A stretch of DNA of 64,000 bases from Thermoplasmata archaeon (GCA_046759185.1 JBHIBO010000003.1:18865-82864), one strand, 5' to 3'; positions 39,388 to 48,367 are shown, counted from the stretch's first letter. A program made the numbers and translations. Notes: generated by a model not told the origin, from the letters alone.

Positions 39388-39430
39388 TTGCACTCTCGCC
39401 CGCCGGGAACGCGACGACCTCGAATTTGAT
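39388..39430. repeat. copy B of the roughly 43-bp conserved intergenic element
   Basis: TTGCACTCTCGCCCGCCGGGAACGCGACGACCTCGAATTTGAT. It lies about 190 bp upstream of the citZ start. It is flanked by a 7-bp inverted repeat GGTCGTC...GACGACC that encloses the first half of the element. Confidence 0.5.
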
Positions 39431-39459
39431 TATCAGAAGTGATTCTCGCCCTCGACTTC

Positions 39460-39466
39460 TTAAATA
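39460..39466 (+). promoter_or_regulatory. putative TATA box (TTAAATA) for the small ORF at 39497
   Basis: It lies 31-37 nt upstream of the ATG, implying a leaderless or very short-leader transcript. Confidence 0.35.
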
Positions 39467-39496
39467 GCTCCGAAAGGGGAACCCTGTGTGCGATTT

Positions 39497-39661
39497 ATGA
39501 AGCGGAAAAGTGAGAAGACGATGGTCGACGTGAAGAAGGGCGTGAGCCTCGTCCACCTCAACGTCGGATCGGGGTATCTCACCTACATCGACGAGGACGA
39601 AGAGGAGTCGCCGACCGTCAAGAACGTGGTCCTCGAGACAAAGAAGAAGGCCGAGGACTAG
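39497..39661 (+). CDS. small hypothetical protein (54 aa), Lys/Glu-rich
   Basis: MKRKSEKTMVDVKKGVSLVHLNVGSGYLTYIDEDEEESPTVKNVVLETKKKAED. It is below the size cutoff of the ORF track. It has a good TATA box and sits in an otherwise unexplained 500-bp gap. Confidence 0.35.
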   Translation: MKRKSEKTMVDVKKGVSLVHLNVGSGYLTYIDEDEEESPTVKNVVLETKKKAED

Positions 39662-39700
39662 TCTGTTCCCCAGTTTCGGTCGTAGGTTCCCCGGCTTGCC

Positions 39701-40897
39701 TCAGTCCGGCGGGGAAAACACCACCTGATTCTTCTCCAATGCGGTGATTTCGTGCGCTTTCATTCCCGCCTCGGCGAGGATTTCTCTTGTGTGTTCCCCC
39801 TTCGTCGGCGGAGCCCTCTCCGTCCCGGCGCGCCAGGTGGAGGCCAGTGCCGGGAAGGCGAGCTGCCGGACAGCCCCCAGGGACGGGTGTTGGAAGGTTT
39901 GAACCACGCCCCGATGCTTGATCTGAGGATCGGCGAAGACCTCACGGAGGTCCTGCACGGGAGCCGCGGGGACCCCCGCCTGTTCGAGACGAATAAGCCA
40001 CTCATCCCTGCCCCGCTCTTGAAACCGATCAGCCAGACGCTGGACCAGGCTCTCGCGATGGACCACCCGCAGCTCATTGGTGGCATAATCCGCATGCTCG
40101 GCGAGATCCCCCAAGCCAAGAGCGTCACACAAACCTCGCCAGAACCGGTCGTTGGCGGCGGCCACCACGATGGGGTCATCGGCCGTGGGGAAGGCCTGAT
40201 ACGGCACGATGTGGGGATGGGCCGAGCCCAATCTGCCTGGCGGGTGGCCCTCCAGGAAATACGCCTGGGCCATGTACGTCAGCCAGGACACCTGGCCGTC
40301 GAGAATCGAGACATCGAGGTACGAACCTTCTCCGGTCCGGTCCCGCTTCCAGAGGGAGGCGAGGATGGCGAGGGCCGCGTGGAGCCCCGCACCGATGTCG
40401 GCGATGGCGACCCCCACGCGAATGGGAGGCCGCCCCGCCTCTCCAGTGATGCTCATGAACCCGCCTAGGGCCTGGAGGATGAGGTCAAAGGACGGGCGGT
40501 TCCGGTACGGGCCGTCCTGACCGTAGCCGCTGATGGAACAGTAGACCACGTCCTCCTTCCACCCCTTGACGTCCTCATAGCCCATTCCCAGGCGCTCCGC
40601 CACGCCTGGGCGGAAGTTCTCGAGAACCACGTCGCAACTGGGGACCATGCTTCGGAGGATCTGGAGCCCCTCCTCCTGGTGGAGATCCACGCACAAGCTG
40701 CGTTTGTTGCGATTCACGCTAAGATAATAGCCGCTCACTTCCCGAAGGAAGGGCGGTCCCCACGCCCGCGTGAGGTCCCCCTCGGGGGGTTCCACCTTGA
40801 TGATATCGGCCCCCAGGTCCCCGAGGACCATGGAGCAGAAGGGGCCGGCCAGCACGCGTGAGAGGTCGAGGACCCGGATGCCTGCGAGTGGACCCAT
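39701..40897 (-). CDS. CoA-transferase family III (CaiB/BaiF-like)
   Basis: Trimmed to MGPLAGIRVLDLSRVLAGPFCSMVLGDLGADIIKVEPP, the family III N-terminal hallmark. The catalytic Asp region is GVAIADIGAGLHA. Confidence 0.85.
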   Translation of the reverse strand: MGPLAGIRVLDLSRVLAGPFCSMVLGDLGADIIKVEPPEGDLTRAWGPPFLREVSGYYLSVNRNKRSLCVDLHQEEGLQILRSMVPSCDVVLENFRPGVAERLGMGYEDVKGWKEDVVYCSISGYGQDGPYRNRPSFDLILQALGGFMSITGEAGRPPIRVGVAIADIGAGLHAALAILASLWKRDRTGEGSYLDVSILDGQVSWLTYMAQAYFLEGHPPGRLGSAHPHIVPYQAFPTADDPIVVAAANDRFWRGLCDALGLGDLAEHADYATNELRVVHRESLVQRLADRFQERGRDEWLIRLEQAGVPAAPVQDLREVFADPQIKHRGVVQTFQHPSLGAVRQLAFPALASTWRAGTERAPPTKGEHTREILAEAGMKAHEITALEKNQVVFSPPD

Positions 40898-40954
40898 GCG
40901 GGCGCCAACTCCCGGGAGGGCATAAGGGCGACGAGGGAGCACTCCCGCACAACG

Positions 40955-42325
40955 TCAACCGAAGGGCTGGCCCTTTGTCTCAGGCCCGAAGACACCGGCG
41001 ACGACCCCACCGAAGAGCATGAGGAGGGCCACGGAGGTCAAGGGCCAGAACACCCCGTCCGTGGATACGAGCAAGGCGGCGAAGACCAGGGGGGCGAGGA
41101 TGGCCGTGATTTTCCCCACCCCTTCTGCCATCCCGAAGCCCGTGGCCCGGTACTGGGTGGGAAACAGCTCCGTGGTGTAGGGGTAGACGGCTCCCCAGGC
41201 GCCCAGGTTGAAGAAGCTCACGAAGATGAGGCCCAGGACGAGGGTCCAGAAGTCCTGCGCCGTGGCAAAGACGTAGCCGCTGATGCCCCCTAGGGTGAGA
41301 AAGAGGGCCAGGGTCCGCTTACGCCCCCAACGCTCGACGAGGATCATGGATGCGAAGTAGCCGGGGAACTGCGCCAGGGCGGACACGATGAGGAAGTAGG
41401 CCAGGACGTTGGGGTCCCCGAAGTCGACGACGCCGAAGGTGGCCAGGACCGGGGGGAGCCACAGGAAGAGGCCGTAGTAGCTGAAGTTGAGGGCAATCCA
41501 GACGCCGATGGTGACCGCCGTCCGACGAAAGAGCGACCCCCGGAACAACGCCGCCACAGGGGCTCGGGGCACCGTGGGCTCTTTCCGGAGATCCTCCGCC
41601 TCCACGTCCGCCCCGGGGATCTTGTGCAACACCTCCGCGGCCTCGTCCAGCCGACCCTGTCGTGCGAGGTAGTACGGGCTCTCCGGCACCGAACGTCGAA
41701 AGACGAAGGCGATGAAAGCGGGGAAGGCCGCCGCGAGGAAGAGGAGGCGCCAGGCGCCGTCTAGCTGGAATATGAAGAAGTACCAGAAGCCGATGGCCAG
41801 GAGGAACCCCACCGGCCAGAAGAAGTCAAGGAGGACCATGTAGCGGCCGCGGTCTTGGGGCGGGAGGAACTCGGACAGCACGGGAGGGTCGATGACCAGC
41901 ATCCCGCCCAGGCCGATGCCGGCGAGGAGGCGGAAGGCGAAGAGACTCGTCGGATTGAAGGAGAGGGCCGTCAGGGCCGTGAAGAGCGAGTAGACGACAA
42001 CGCTGACCTGGAACAGGGTCCGTCGTCCTCGCCGGTCCGATAGTCTTCCCAGGGAAATGCTGCCCAGGAACGATCCCAGGAGGGTTGCCGAGACGATGGC
42101 ACCGTACTGCAAGGGATCCGTGGGCGTGAAGGTGGCCAGATCGAAGATGCCGAACTCCGCGCCGATCGCTGGAAGGACGAGGCTGATCAGGATGATCTCA
42201 AAGGCAACAAAGGTCCAGGCGAAGCCCGTGATGAGGAAGATCCTCCGGTGAAAACGGGTGAACCGGGTCTCGCGGAGGACGTCTTCGACGCCGCGCGGAC
42301 CGGCAGCTGGTGCAGCAGAGGCCAT
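40955..42325 (-). CDS. MFS transporter (metabolite:H+ symporter-like)
   Basis: About 12 TM helices. MFS motif A-like loops are GRLSDRRGRRTLF and ERWGRKRTLA. It was trimmed to MASAAP at 42325. Confidence 0.85.
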   Translation of the reverse strand: MASAAPAAGPRGVEDVLRETRFTRFHRRIFLITGFAWTFVAFEIILISLVLPAIGAEFGIFDLATFTPTDPLQYGAIVSATLLGSFLGSISLGRLSDRRGRRTLFQVSVVVYSLFTALTALSFNPTSLFAFRLLAGIGLGGMLVIDPPVLSEFLPPQDRGRYMVLLDFFWPVGFLLAIGFWYFFIFQLDGAWRLLFLAAAFPAFIAFVFRRSVPESPYYLARQGRLDEAAEVLHKIPGADVEAEDLRKEPTVPRAPVAALFRGSLFRRTAVTIGVWIALNFSYYGLFLWLPPVLATFGVVDFGDPNVLAYFLIVSALAQFPGYFASMILVERWGRKRTLALFLTLGGISGYVFATAQDFWTLVLGLIFVSFFNLGAWGAVYPYTTELFPTQYRATGFGMAEGVGKITAILAPLVFAALLVSTDGVFWPLTSVALLMLFGGVVAGVFGPETKGQPFG

Positions 42326-42451
42326 GCTGTGGCCGTTGCAGATGAGCCTGAGCAAAATAGGTAATGATAGAGGCAAGGGCGCGGCATCGGACCCGTCGAG
42401 TGGCAAGATTTACCGGGAGGCGAGGGGCCTACGGCTGAGGAGCCCGGTCCC

Positions 42452-42997
42452 TCAGCCGGCCTCGAGATGCTGCATGAAGCGGTCCCGGACTTCGGGGGCA
42501 GCCAGGCCGACGACCGGGACCTCCTCATTGCCCTCGTCGACGCGCGCTAGAATTACCGTGGGACCCTGGGCCGCCTCGACCGCTGCCATGAGGTCAGCCA
42601 CCTTGTCGACCCGGATTACCGAGGCTACCCCGCTGGCCCGCGCCACCTCAGCCAGATCTGTTCCCAGGGCGGTGTGGGAGGGCTGGTTTCCCGTGCTCCC
42701 GTGAACGCCGTTGTCCAGGATCACCACGACGAGATTGGGAGGTCCGAAGTGGGCGATAGTGGAGAGGCCGCCCAGGTTCATCAGGACCGAACCATCCCCG
42801 TCCACCGCAAGGACCCGGCCGAGGCGGGCCAGGGCCAGCCCCAGACCAATGGAACTCGCCAGACCCATGGAACCCATCATGTAGAAGTTGGAGGGACGGT
42901 CCGCGGCGTGGTAGAGCTCGCGGGAAGCGTACCCCAGGTTACAGATGAGAGGGTCTCCAAGTCCTGCCAGGGCCTTCAGTGCCTGCATACGCCTCAT
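42452..42997 (-). CDS. comE: sulfopyruvate/phosphonopyruvate decarboxylase family, beta (ThDP C-terminal PP-domain) subunit
   Basis: ThDP-binding motif LAVDGDGSVLMNLGGLSTI...VILDNGVHGSTGNQ. Its start overlaps the alpha-subunit stop as ATGA. Confidence 0.75.
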   Translation of the reverse strand: MRRMQALKALAGLGDPLICNLGYASRELYHAADRPSNFYMMGSMGLASSIGLGLALARLGRVLAVDGDGSVLMNLGGLSTIAHFGPPNLVVVILDNGVHGSTGNQPSHTALGTDLAEVARASGVASVIRVDKVADLMAAVEAAQGPTVILARVDEGNEEVPVVGLAAPEVRDRFMQHLEAG

Positions 42998-43482
42998 GCC
43001 CAAACCTCCGGCGCCAAGAGGACCGCGCCGATCATGCGGTCTTTGAAGGACCACCCCGCAAGGCGGGAGATGGCGGGTAGATCGCTGGGCGCGGCCAGCC
43101 GTTCGTAGGGAATTCGGAGAGCGTCGAGGAGGCGAGGGGTCGCCTCACCCATGGGAACCTGGGCCGCCACGGTTTCCTTCGGTCCGCCTCGATGTGCAAT
43201 GAGCAGGAAAAGGGGCAACCCGTAGAGCTGATCGAGAGAGGCCAAGGCATTGATGCAATTCCCCAGCCCGGAGTTCTGCATGAGAAGGCTGGGCTTCCGT
43301 CCACCCAGGTTGGCCCCAGCGCAGACCCCGACTCCCTCCTCCTCCCGCGTGACGGGAAGGTGCTTGATGTGCGCCTCTTCGAGACGCTCTAGCACGCCGG
43401 CCAAGAGAGTGCTCGGGACGCTGCAGGCGAAGTCGACCCCCGCTTGCTTCAGCTCTTGAATGATTCGTCCATCCACATCCAT
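42994..43482 (-). CDS. comD: sulfopyruvate/phosphonopyruvate decarboxylase family, alpha (ThDP PYR-domain) subunit
   Basis: Trimmed to MDVDGRIIQELKQAGVDFACSVPSTLLAGV...EEEGVGVCAGANLGGRKPSLLMQNSGLGN (N-terminal pyrimidine-binding domain). Confidence 0.75.
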   Translation of the reverse strand: MDVDGRIIQELKQAGVDFACSVPSTLLAGVLERLEEAHIKHLPVTREEEGVGVCAGANLGGRKPSLLMQNSGLGNCINALASLDQLYGLPLFLLIAHRGGPKETVAAQVPMGEATPRLLDALRIPYERLAAPSDLPAISRLAGWSFKDRMIGAVLLAPEVWA

Positions 43483-43791
43483 GGTTCCGCTTCCCAACAG
43501 AAGCACATCGACAGGGCCCGTTACGAACCTTTTCCCCGGCGGTTGCTCGTCGCGAAGGGCGACCGGACAGCTGTGGGGCGTGCAGGAGCTGGGGTTCGGG
43601 CGGTCGAGTAACCCTCGCGGCCCCGCTGGGGGCTTCCGCAGCGACACCTAGGTTTATGGCGTTGGCCTGGCTTCGCCCGCCCCGGAGGCGAAAGCACGGG
43701 TGGGGACGGACGGGGACCCGGATCGGACTGGGACAGGTACGCCCACTACACCCCGTCTAACCCCGTCATCCGGTGGCTCTTCCTCGATCTC

Positions 43792-44394
43792 ATGTATCGA
43801 GGATATCGGGACCTCCTCGGGCGGGCGAACTTCACCGGGCCGATTTCGGTTCTGGAGCTGGGGGCCGGGACGGGCTACACGACCTTGCGCCTCTGCGAGA
43901 AGCTTCCCGTTCGAAAGGTCACCTTGGTCGACTCGAACGGTGCCATGTTGCGGACGGCCGAAGGGACATTGGACGGGGTGCGGTGCGAGAAGACGTTCCT
44001 CGAGGAGGATGTCCTGGACCTCGCGTTGGAGGAGCGTTTCGACCTGGTCCATAGCGCGGGTCTGGTGGAGCATTTTGAGACCAGGGATCGCAGAAAGCTA
44101 TTGGAACTCCACGCCGACCGGACCCGACCCGGTGGCTACTGCATCGTCTACGCCCCTACGCCAACGCTCTCCTATCGATTCTGGCGGCGCTTGGCAGAAG
44201 GGATGAACGTTTGGCTCTATACGGACGAGGTGCCGTTGCCCCGGGACGTACTTGTCCGCGAGGTGGCCGAGGCAGGCCTGGAGGTCTTGGGAACGAACCA
44301 CTTCTGGCGAGGCTTCCTGACCGAGGCCGGCGTCATCGCCCGACGGAGGAATTCCCAGGGCCGCGTGCCCTTGGATGGGGACGTGGGGACCTGA
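43792..44394 (+). CDS. class I SAM-dependent methyltransferase
   Basis: Motif I is VLELGAGTGYTT, with the post-I acidic residue in VTLVDSN and motif II in FDLVHSAG. 200 aa. Confidence 0.8.
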   Translation: MYRGYRDLLGRANFTGPISVLELGAGTGYTTLRLCEKLPVRKVTLVDSNGAMLRTAEGTLDGVRCEKTFLEEDVLDLALEERFDLVHSAGLVEHFETRDRRKLLELHADRTRPGGYCIVYAPTPTLSYRFWRRLAEGMNVWLYTDEVPLPRDVLVREVAEAGLEVLGTNHFWRGFLTEAGVIARRRNSQGRVPLDGDVGT

Positions 44395-44426
44395 GCGAGG
44401 GTGCCCTTCGGTCGGCCCTTGGGTGG

Positions 44427-45023
44427 TTGGAGGAGTATGGGATTCTCCTCGTGGTCGACCCGCTCCTTCCCAGCGTCACCAGGGTCGTGACGGGCGAGGC
44501 CCTGAAGGGGTCCTGGTGGGGCCATCCGCAGTCTCACGCCATCTTTGCCGTGGTGGAACGCCTAGAGGGGCATGGGAAAGCGCTGCAGACCAAGCTGGTT
44601 TCCGGCAAGGTCACCTTTGTCCACCAGAGGCTCTGGCCCGCCCTGGCCGGTGCGGCTTCCGCCAGGGAACCCTGGCAGGTCGAGGGGCTCTCCCCGGAGG
44701 AGGAAAGACTCCTCACGGCTGTGGGGAACGCCGGATGGGTTCGAACGGACGATCCGGAAAAGCTGGCACCCCTTGATGCGAAGGCGGTTCGCCGGGCAGC
44801 CAAGAGTCTGGAGAGGTATCTCCTCGTTGTCAGCCGCGAAGTCCACACGGAATCCGGCGCCCATGCGAAGGTGTTGGAGACATGGGAGGCCTGGGGGCGC
44901 CGCATCGGATTCCAGGACCCCTGGAAGCCCGCGAAGGAGGGGAAGCGGGAGCTCGAAGGTGTGCTGGACGCGATGAATCGCGCCTTCCAAGCGGAGGGCC
45001 GGCTCCCCTGGCAAGAACCGTGA
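44427..45023 (+). CDS. hypothetical protein; start uncertain (TTG at 44427 or GTG at 44448)
   Basis: It is the downstream part of ORF 44211..45023. The upstream part is Arg/Gly low-complexity, overlaps the methyltransferase and has no in-frame ATG. The downstream part is protein-like (ILLVVDPLLPSVTRVVTGEALKGSWWGHP...). Confidence 0.35.
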   Translation: MEEYGILLVVDPLLPSVTRVVTGEALKGSWWGHPQSHAIFAVVERLEGHGKALQTKLVSGKVTFVHQRLWPALAGAASAREPWQVEGLSPEEERLLTAVGNAGWVRTDDPEKLAPLDAKAVRRAAKSLERYLLVVSREVHTESGAHAKVLETWEAWGRRIGFQDPWKPAKEGKRELEGVLDAMNRAFQAEGRLPWQEP

Positions 45024-45029
45024 GGTCCC

Positions 45030-45416
45030 TCAATCCTCGCCCAAGACGGATTGAGCTTTCTCGAGATCGTCGACGGCGACACCCAGATCGGATCGTCCGT
45101 GCATCCGATTGAGTTGCACGAGGCTGATGATGTTCACTCCGGCCGCAGCCAGCCGCTGGGCGATGGACGCCAGCGCCCCAGGGTTGTCCTGGAGCGTCAC
45201 GACCAGGAGTTCCGCCTCCTCAAACGCGATGTTGTGGCCCTCAAGGATCTCCCGGGTGCCCTCTTCGTCGGAGGTGAGGAAGGTGACCCGGCCCTCACCG
45301 CCAACCGTCTCGCCTCCCGAAGCTTCCAGGTTGATGCCGCGCTCGGCCAGGGCACCGGCCACATGGGCGAGGGCTCCTGGGGCGTCTTTCAGAGTAATGC
45401 GAAATGCGGTTGTCAT
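45030..45416 (-). CDS. tandem ACT-domain protein (128 aa)
   Basis: Only the C-terminal part of ORF 45030..45932 is protein-like: MTTAFRITLKDAPGALAHVAGALAERGINLEA...LLVVTLQDNPGALASIAQRLAAAGVNIISL (two ACT beta-alpha-beta-beta-alpha-beta units). GGTGGGGGAG RBS lies before the ATG at 45416. Confidence 0.7.
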   Translation of the reverse strand: MTTAFRITLKDAPGALAHVAGALAERGINLEASGGETVGGEGRVTFLTSDEEGTREILEGHNIAFEEAELLVVTLQDNPGALASIAQRLAAAGVNIISLVQLNRMHGRSDLGVAVDDLEKAQSVLGED

Positions 45417-45634
45417 GCTCCCCCACCTTCGCGCACCCAGGTCCCGCAAGACCGGAGGCGCACGGGGCGGGACGCGGGGTGCCGCGATAAAGCTTTCGCG
45501 GTGGGTCACTGGATACCAGCCTCTTGGAGCAGTCAAACGCGAGGAATCGGCCTCCCCTTCTGGCCCTCCCCCAGGAGGCCTCCCGTCATCCGTGGCGTGC
45601 CCCGGTTCCCCCGACGAACGGGACCTCCCCCAAA

Positions 45635-48235
45635 CTACCTTCTTCTCTGCAGGAAGAGCGCGACGCCAAGGAACGCGAGGCCCACGAGGACGAGGATGAA
45701 GGTGGGTCCAAGGGGCCCCGTCGGACTGATGAAACTCGTGTCCACAATGAAGCCCACCTCCACCTCGTCGACCCGATCGACCAGGTCCGAACAGGACACT
45801 GCTGCGACATGTCGGCCGTCGGCCACCTCCGAAAAGGTGAACGAGGTCTCCTCCTCGACAAGAACGGGGGGTCCTCGGTCCAAGCTGACGGCGCATGCCG
45901 CCACCCCCGCGCCCGAATCGGCCACGGACCACTGGAGGACGACGTCCGATTGACCAACGAAGCTCAGGGGGGCGGGATGGACGATCTGGATGACGGGGGG
46001 CCCCGTGTCGATTAAGACGACAAGGGGCTGGACAGGCTCCGTGTTCCCCGCCTCGTCGACCGCGAAGAACGCCACGGTGTGGGTACCGTCACCCGCGACC
46101 ACGAAGGGCTCCGTGTAGTCCTGCACCGCCCCACCGTCCAGCCGATACGTCAGGGAGGCAATCCCGCTCGTGGCGTCCGTTCCCGCGAGCTCCACGGTGA
46201 CGGAAGTGGAGAACCAGCCGCCCGGCCCAAGCGTGCCGGAGAGGGTGGCCGTAGAGGAGGGAGGGGTCCGATCGATCCCAAAGTGCGAGGCGGATTGCGC
46301 CCACTCCCCCACCTCCATCGCGTCGGCGCCCCGCGCGCAGACTTGGTAGCCGGGCGCGTCCGACAGCGAGGAAAGGTCCATGGTGACCGCGTAAGGCGCT
46401 AGGGCATCCACGAGGATGAAGGGGAAGTTGCCGCAGCCGGCCGTGAGACCAATTCCAAACTCCATCCGTGTCACGGGACTGTCCGGGTCGGTGGCGCTCG
46501 CGGTCGCCACGAGGGCATCGCCGACCCAGACGAAGGCTGCCTGAGAGGTGACCTGCGCCATGGGGGCACTATTGTAATCGATCGTATTCTGGAAGCCCGT
46601 GGCGAGGAAGTCGAACCGCGGGTTGCCTCGATCGACCCAGTTGCAGTCCCCGCCGTCGTAGAAGTCCCGGTAGCTGGACTGATTGCATCCCTCGATCGCT
46701 CCCAGAATGACGTCGGCCGCATGAGCGATTCCAACATCCAGGGGCCCGTCGTCCACGTCGTCCGTGAGGTCCCAGAGGGTCGTGGCCACGCGGAGTTCGT
46801 TGTCGTCCCCTCTGACGGTCGCAGGACAGACGGACGCGTCCTCGAGGTCCAGGGAGAAGAGGGATCCATCCCACGGCCGGGTGTAGAAGTGGTCCAGCGG
46901 GTCCACGATTTCTTGGTTGGCTCGGGGTCCAAAGAAGTCGGCGAACCCCTCGGTCCACGAGAGGCCGCGATGTTGGGCAACGCCACATGCGGTGTGGGGT
47001 CCGCCCGGACTCGGCCAGAAGCTGTCGCCGTACAGCTTGTCCTGCACGTAGTGGGCGTACTCGTGGTTCACGTCGTCGGGGCTCTTGTCATCGATGCCGT
47101 CGGCGCACAGGTGAATCGTGTCGTCGGCCGGGCTGTAGAACGTGCAGGGACCCGGCGTGAGGACACGAACCTGCCCGAGGACCAGGCCGATGCTACCCAG
47201 GTTTGCGGCGTAGTCCCAACCGTCGTTGATGTATTGGAAGGGCCGCTGCGCGAACTGGTTATCCGATGACGCGCGCGCGCCAAGGTCGATCGTGTCCTCA
47301 TTCCCCACCGTGATGGTCTCGGTCTGCCATCTGTAGGTCTTACCCTCTGTCGTCTGGACGCAGACCGCCGCGTTGCAGGCCAAGAAGCGAACGTAGACGT
47401 CCTGGTTTCCCGGACCGTCCAGTTCGGTCCGGCGAAGGTCCGGGGAGGTGAAGTTGCCCGTCTCGTCCGTCATCCCTGTCCAGAGGAGGTCGTCGGGATC
47501 GGCCATGTCTTCGTCCCAGACCTGGACCGTGGCCCAGCGTTGGGGCGCCGTCGTGGCGTCGTCCTCCAACCAGTAGTTCCATTGCCCCGTCACGTTGAAG
47601 GACGCGTGGGATTGGGGCGGAAGGGGCGTGCGTGGATGCTGGATGTCTGAAGGGAGCACGGAGGTGTCGGTCGCCGGGAGGGGGCGATGGTCGCGTGTTT
47701 CTCGAGTCGGAACGAGGAGGGGGTCGGCGACGAGTGCCGTGGGCCGGGAGGACGATACGACCCAGGGATTCCCGTAACGGACCTGTCCAGCGCCCTCTGG
47801 GGGGACGTCAAGGTACACCACTGCATGGCCCCCGAGCCGGCCGAAGTGGGGGGAGACCCCTGTCACCCGAACCACCAACCGTGAGAATCCCGGACTGTGG
47901 GGCAGGATCGAAAGTCCATGAATCGTAGATTCCCCCTTAGGAAGTCCTCGGGGGGCCATGGGTTCCTCGGTGACCGTCAAACGCTCAGAGACCTCGAATT
48001 CCAGCTCTACGTCGGTAAGCTCCCCCCAGCGGCTGGTGAGATGCACATGGAAGCGGGTCGGAAGGCCGACGACTGGGGATGACGAGCCTTCCACGCGAAC
48101 CTCGATGGGGTCTTGCAGGGCCCTTTTCAGAATAGCGGGAGAGACATCCGCTTCCGAGGGGTCGGGTGGTGCCTCTCGCTGGGTGAAGCCGGCCACGCTC
48201 ACGGACGCGAGTAGAAAAACGATGCCGAGCGCCAT
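45635..48235 (-). CDS. surface-anchored zinc metalloprotease (HEXXH) with Ig-like domains and a C-terminal TM anchor
   Basis: Signal peptide MALGIVFLLASVSVAG. Zincin motif VNHEYAHYV. Ig-like / OmpL47-type domain TLSGTLGPGGWFSTSVTVELAGTDATSGIASLTYRLDGG...GDGTHTVAFFAVDEAGNTEP. The C-terminus is FILVLVGLAFLGVALFLQRRR. Confidence 0.8.
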   Translation of the reverse strand: MALGIVFLLASVSVAGFTQREAPPDPSEADVSPAILKRALQDPIEVRVEGSSSPVVGLPTRFHVHLTSRWGELTDVELEFEVSERLTVTEEPMAPRGLPKGESTIHGLSILPHSPGFSRLVVRVTGVSPHFGRLGGHAVVYLDVPPEGAGQVRYGNPWVVSSSRPTALVADPLLVPTRETRDHRPLPATDTSVLPSDIQHPRTPLPPQSHASFNVTGQWNYWLEDDATTAPQRWATVQVWDEDMADPDDLLWTGMTDETGNFTSPDLRRTELDGPGNQDVYVRFLACNAAVCVQTTEGKTYRWQTETITVGNEDTIDLGARASSDNQFAQRPFQYINDGWDYAANLGSIGLVLGQVRVLTPGPCTFYSPADDTIHLCADGIDDKSPDDVNHEYAHYVQDKLYGDSFWPSPGGPHTACGVAQHRGLSWTEGFADFFGPRANQEIVDPLDHFYTRPWDGSLFSLDLEDASVCPATVRGDDNELRVATTLWDLTDDVDDGPLDVGIAHAADVILGAIEGCNQSSYRDFYDGGDCNWVDRGNPRFDFLATGFQNTIDYNSAPMAQVTSQAAFVWVGDALVATASATDPDSPVTRMEFGIGLTAGCGNFPFILVDALAPYAVTMDLSSLSDAPGYQVCARGADAMEVGEWAQSASHFGIDRTPPSSTATLSGTLGPGGWFSTSVTVELAGTDATSGIASLTYRLDGGAVQDYTEPFVVAGDGTHTVAFFAVDEAGNTEPVQPLVVLIDTGPPVIQIVHPAPLSFVGQSDVVLQWSVADSGAGVAACAVSLDRGPPVLVEEETSFTFSEVADGRHVAAVSCSDLVDRVDEVEVGFIVDTSFISPTGPLGPTFILVLVGLAFLGVALFLQRRR

Positions 48236-48367
48236 GGAGGCTTCCAGCCTCCGCCTTCCTCCCATCCTGCCTCATCAGGGCCGCAGGCCTCAATATAGTT
48301 TTGAGTCGCACCGGAGCCAGCCATGAGGATGGCTCCTTTATCTGCCCCTTGGGGATAGGGGCCCGGG

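Noticed and set aside
45417-45932. N-terminal 172-aa extension of the ACT-domain ORF (and the antisense + ORF 45051..45953)
   Set aside because: The extension is Gly/Arg/Pro low-complexity. The real gene starts at the internal ATG 45416, which has a GGTGGGGGAG RBS.
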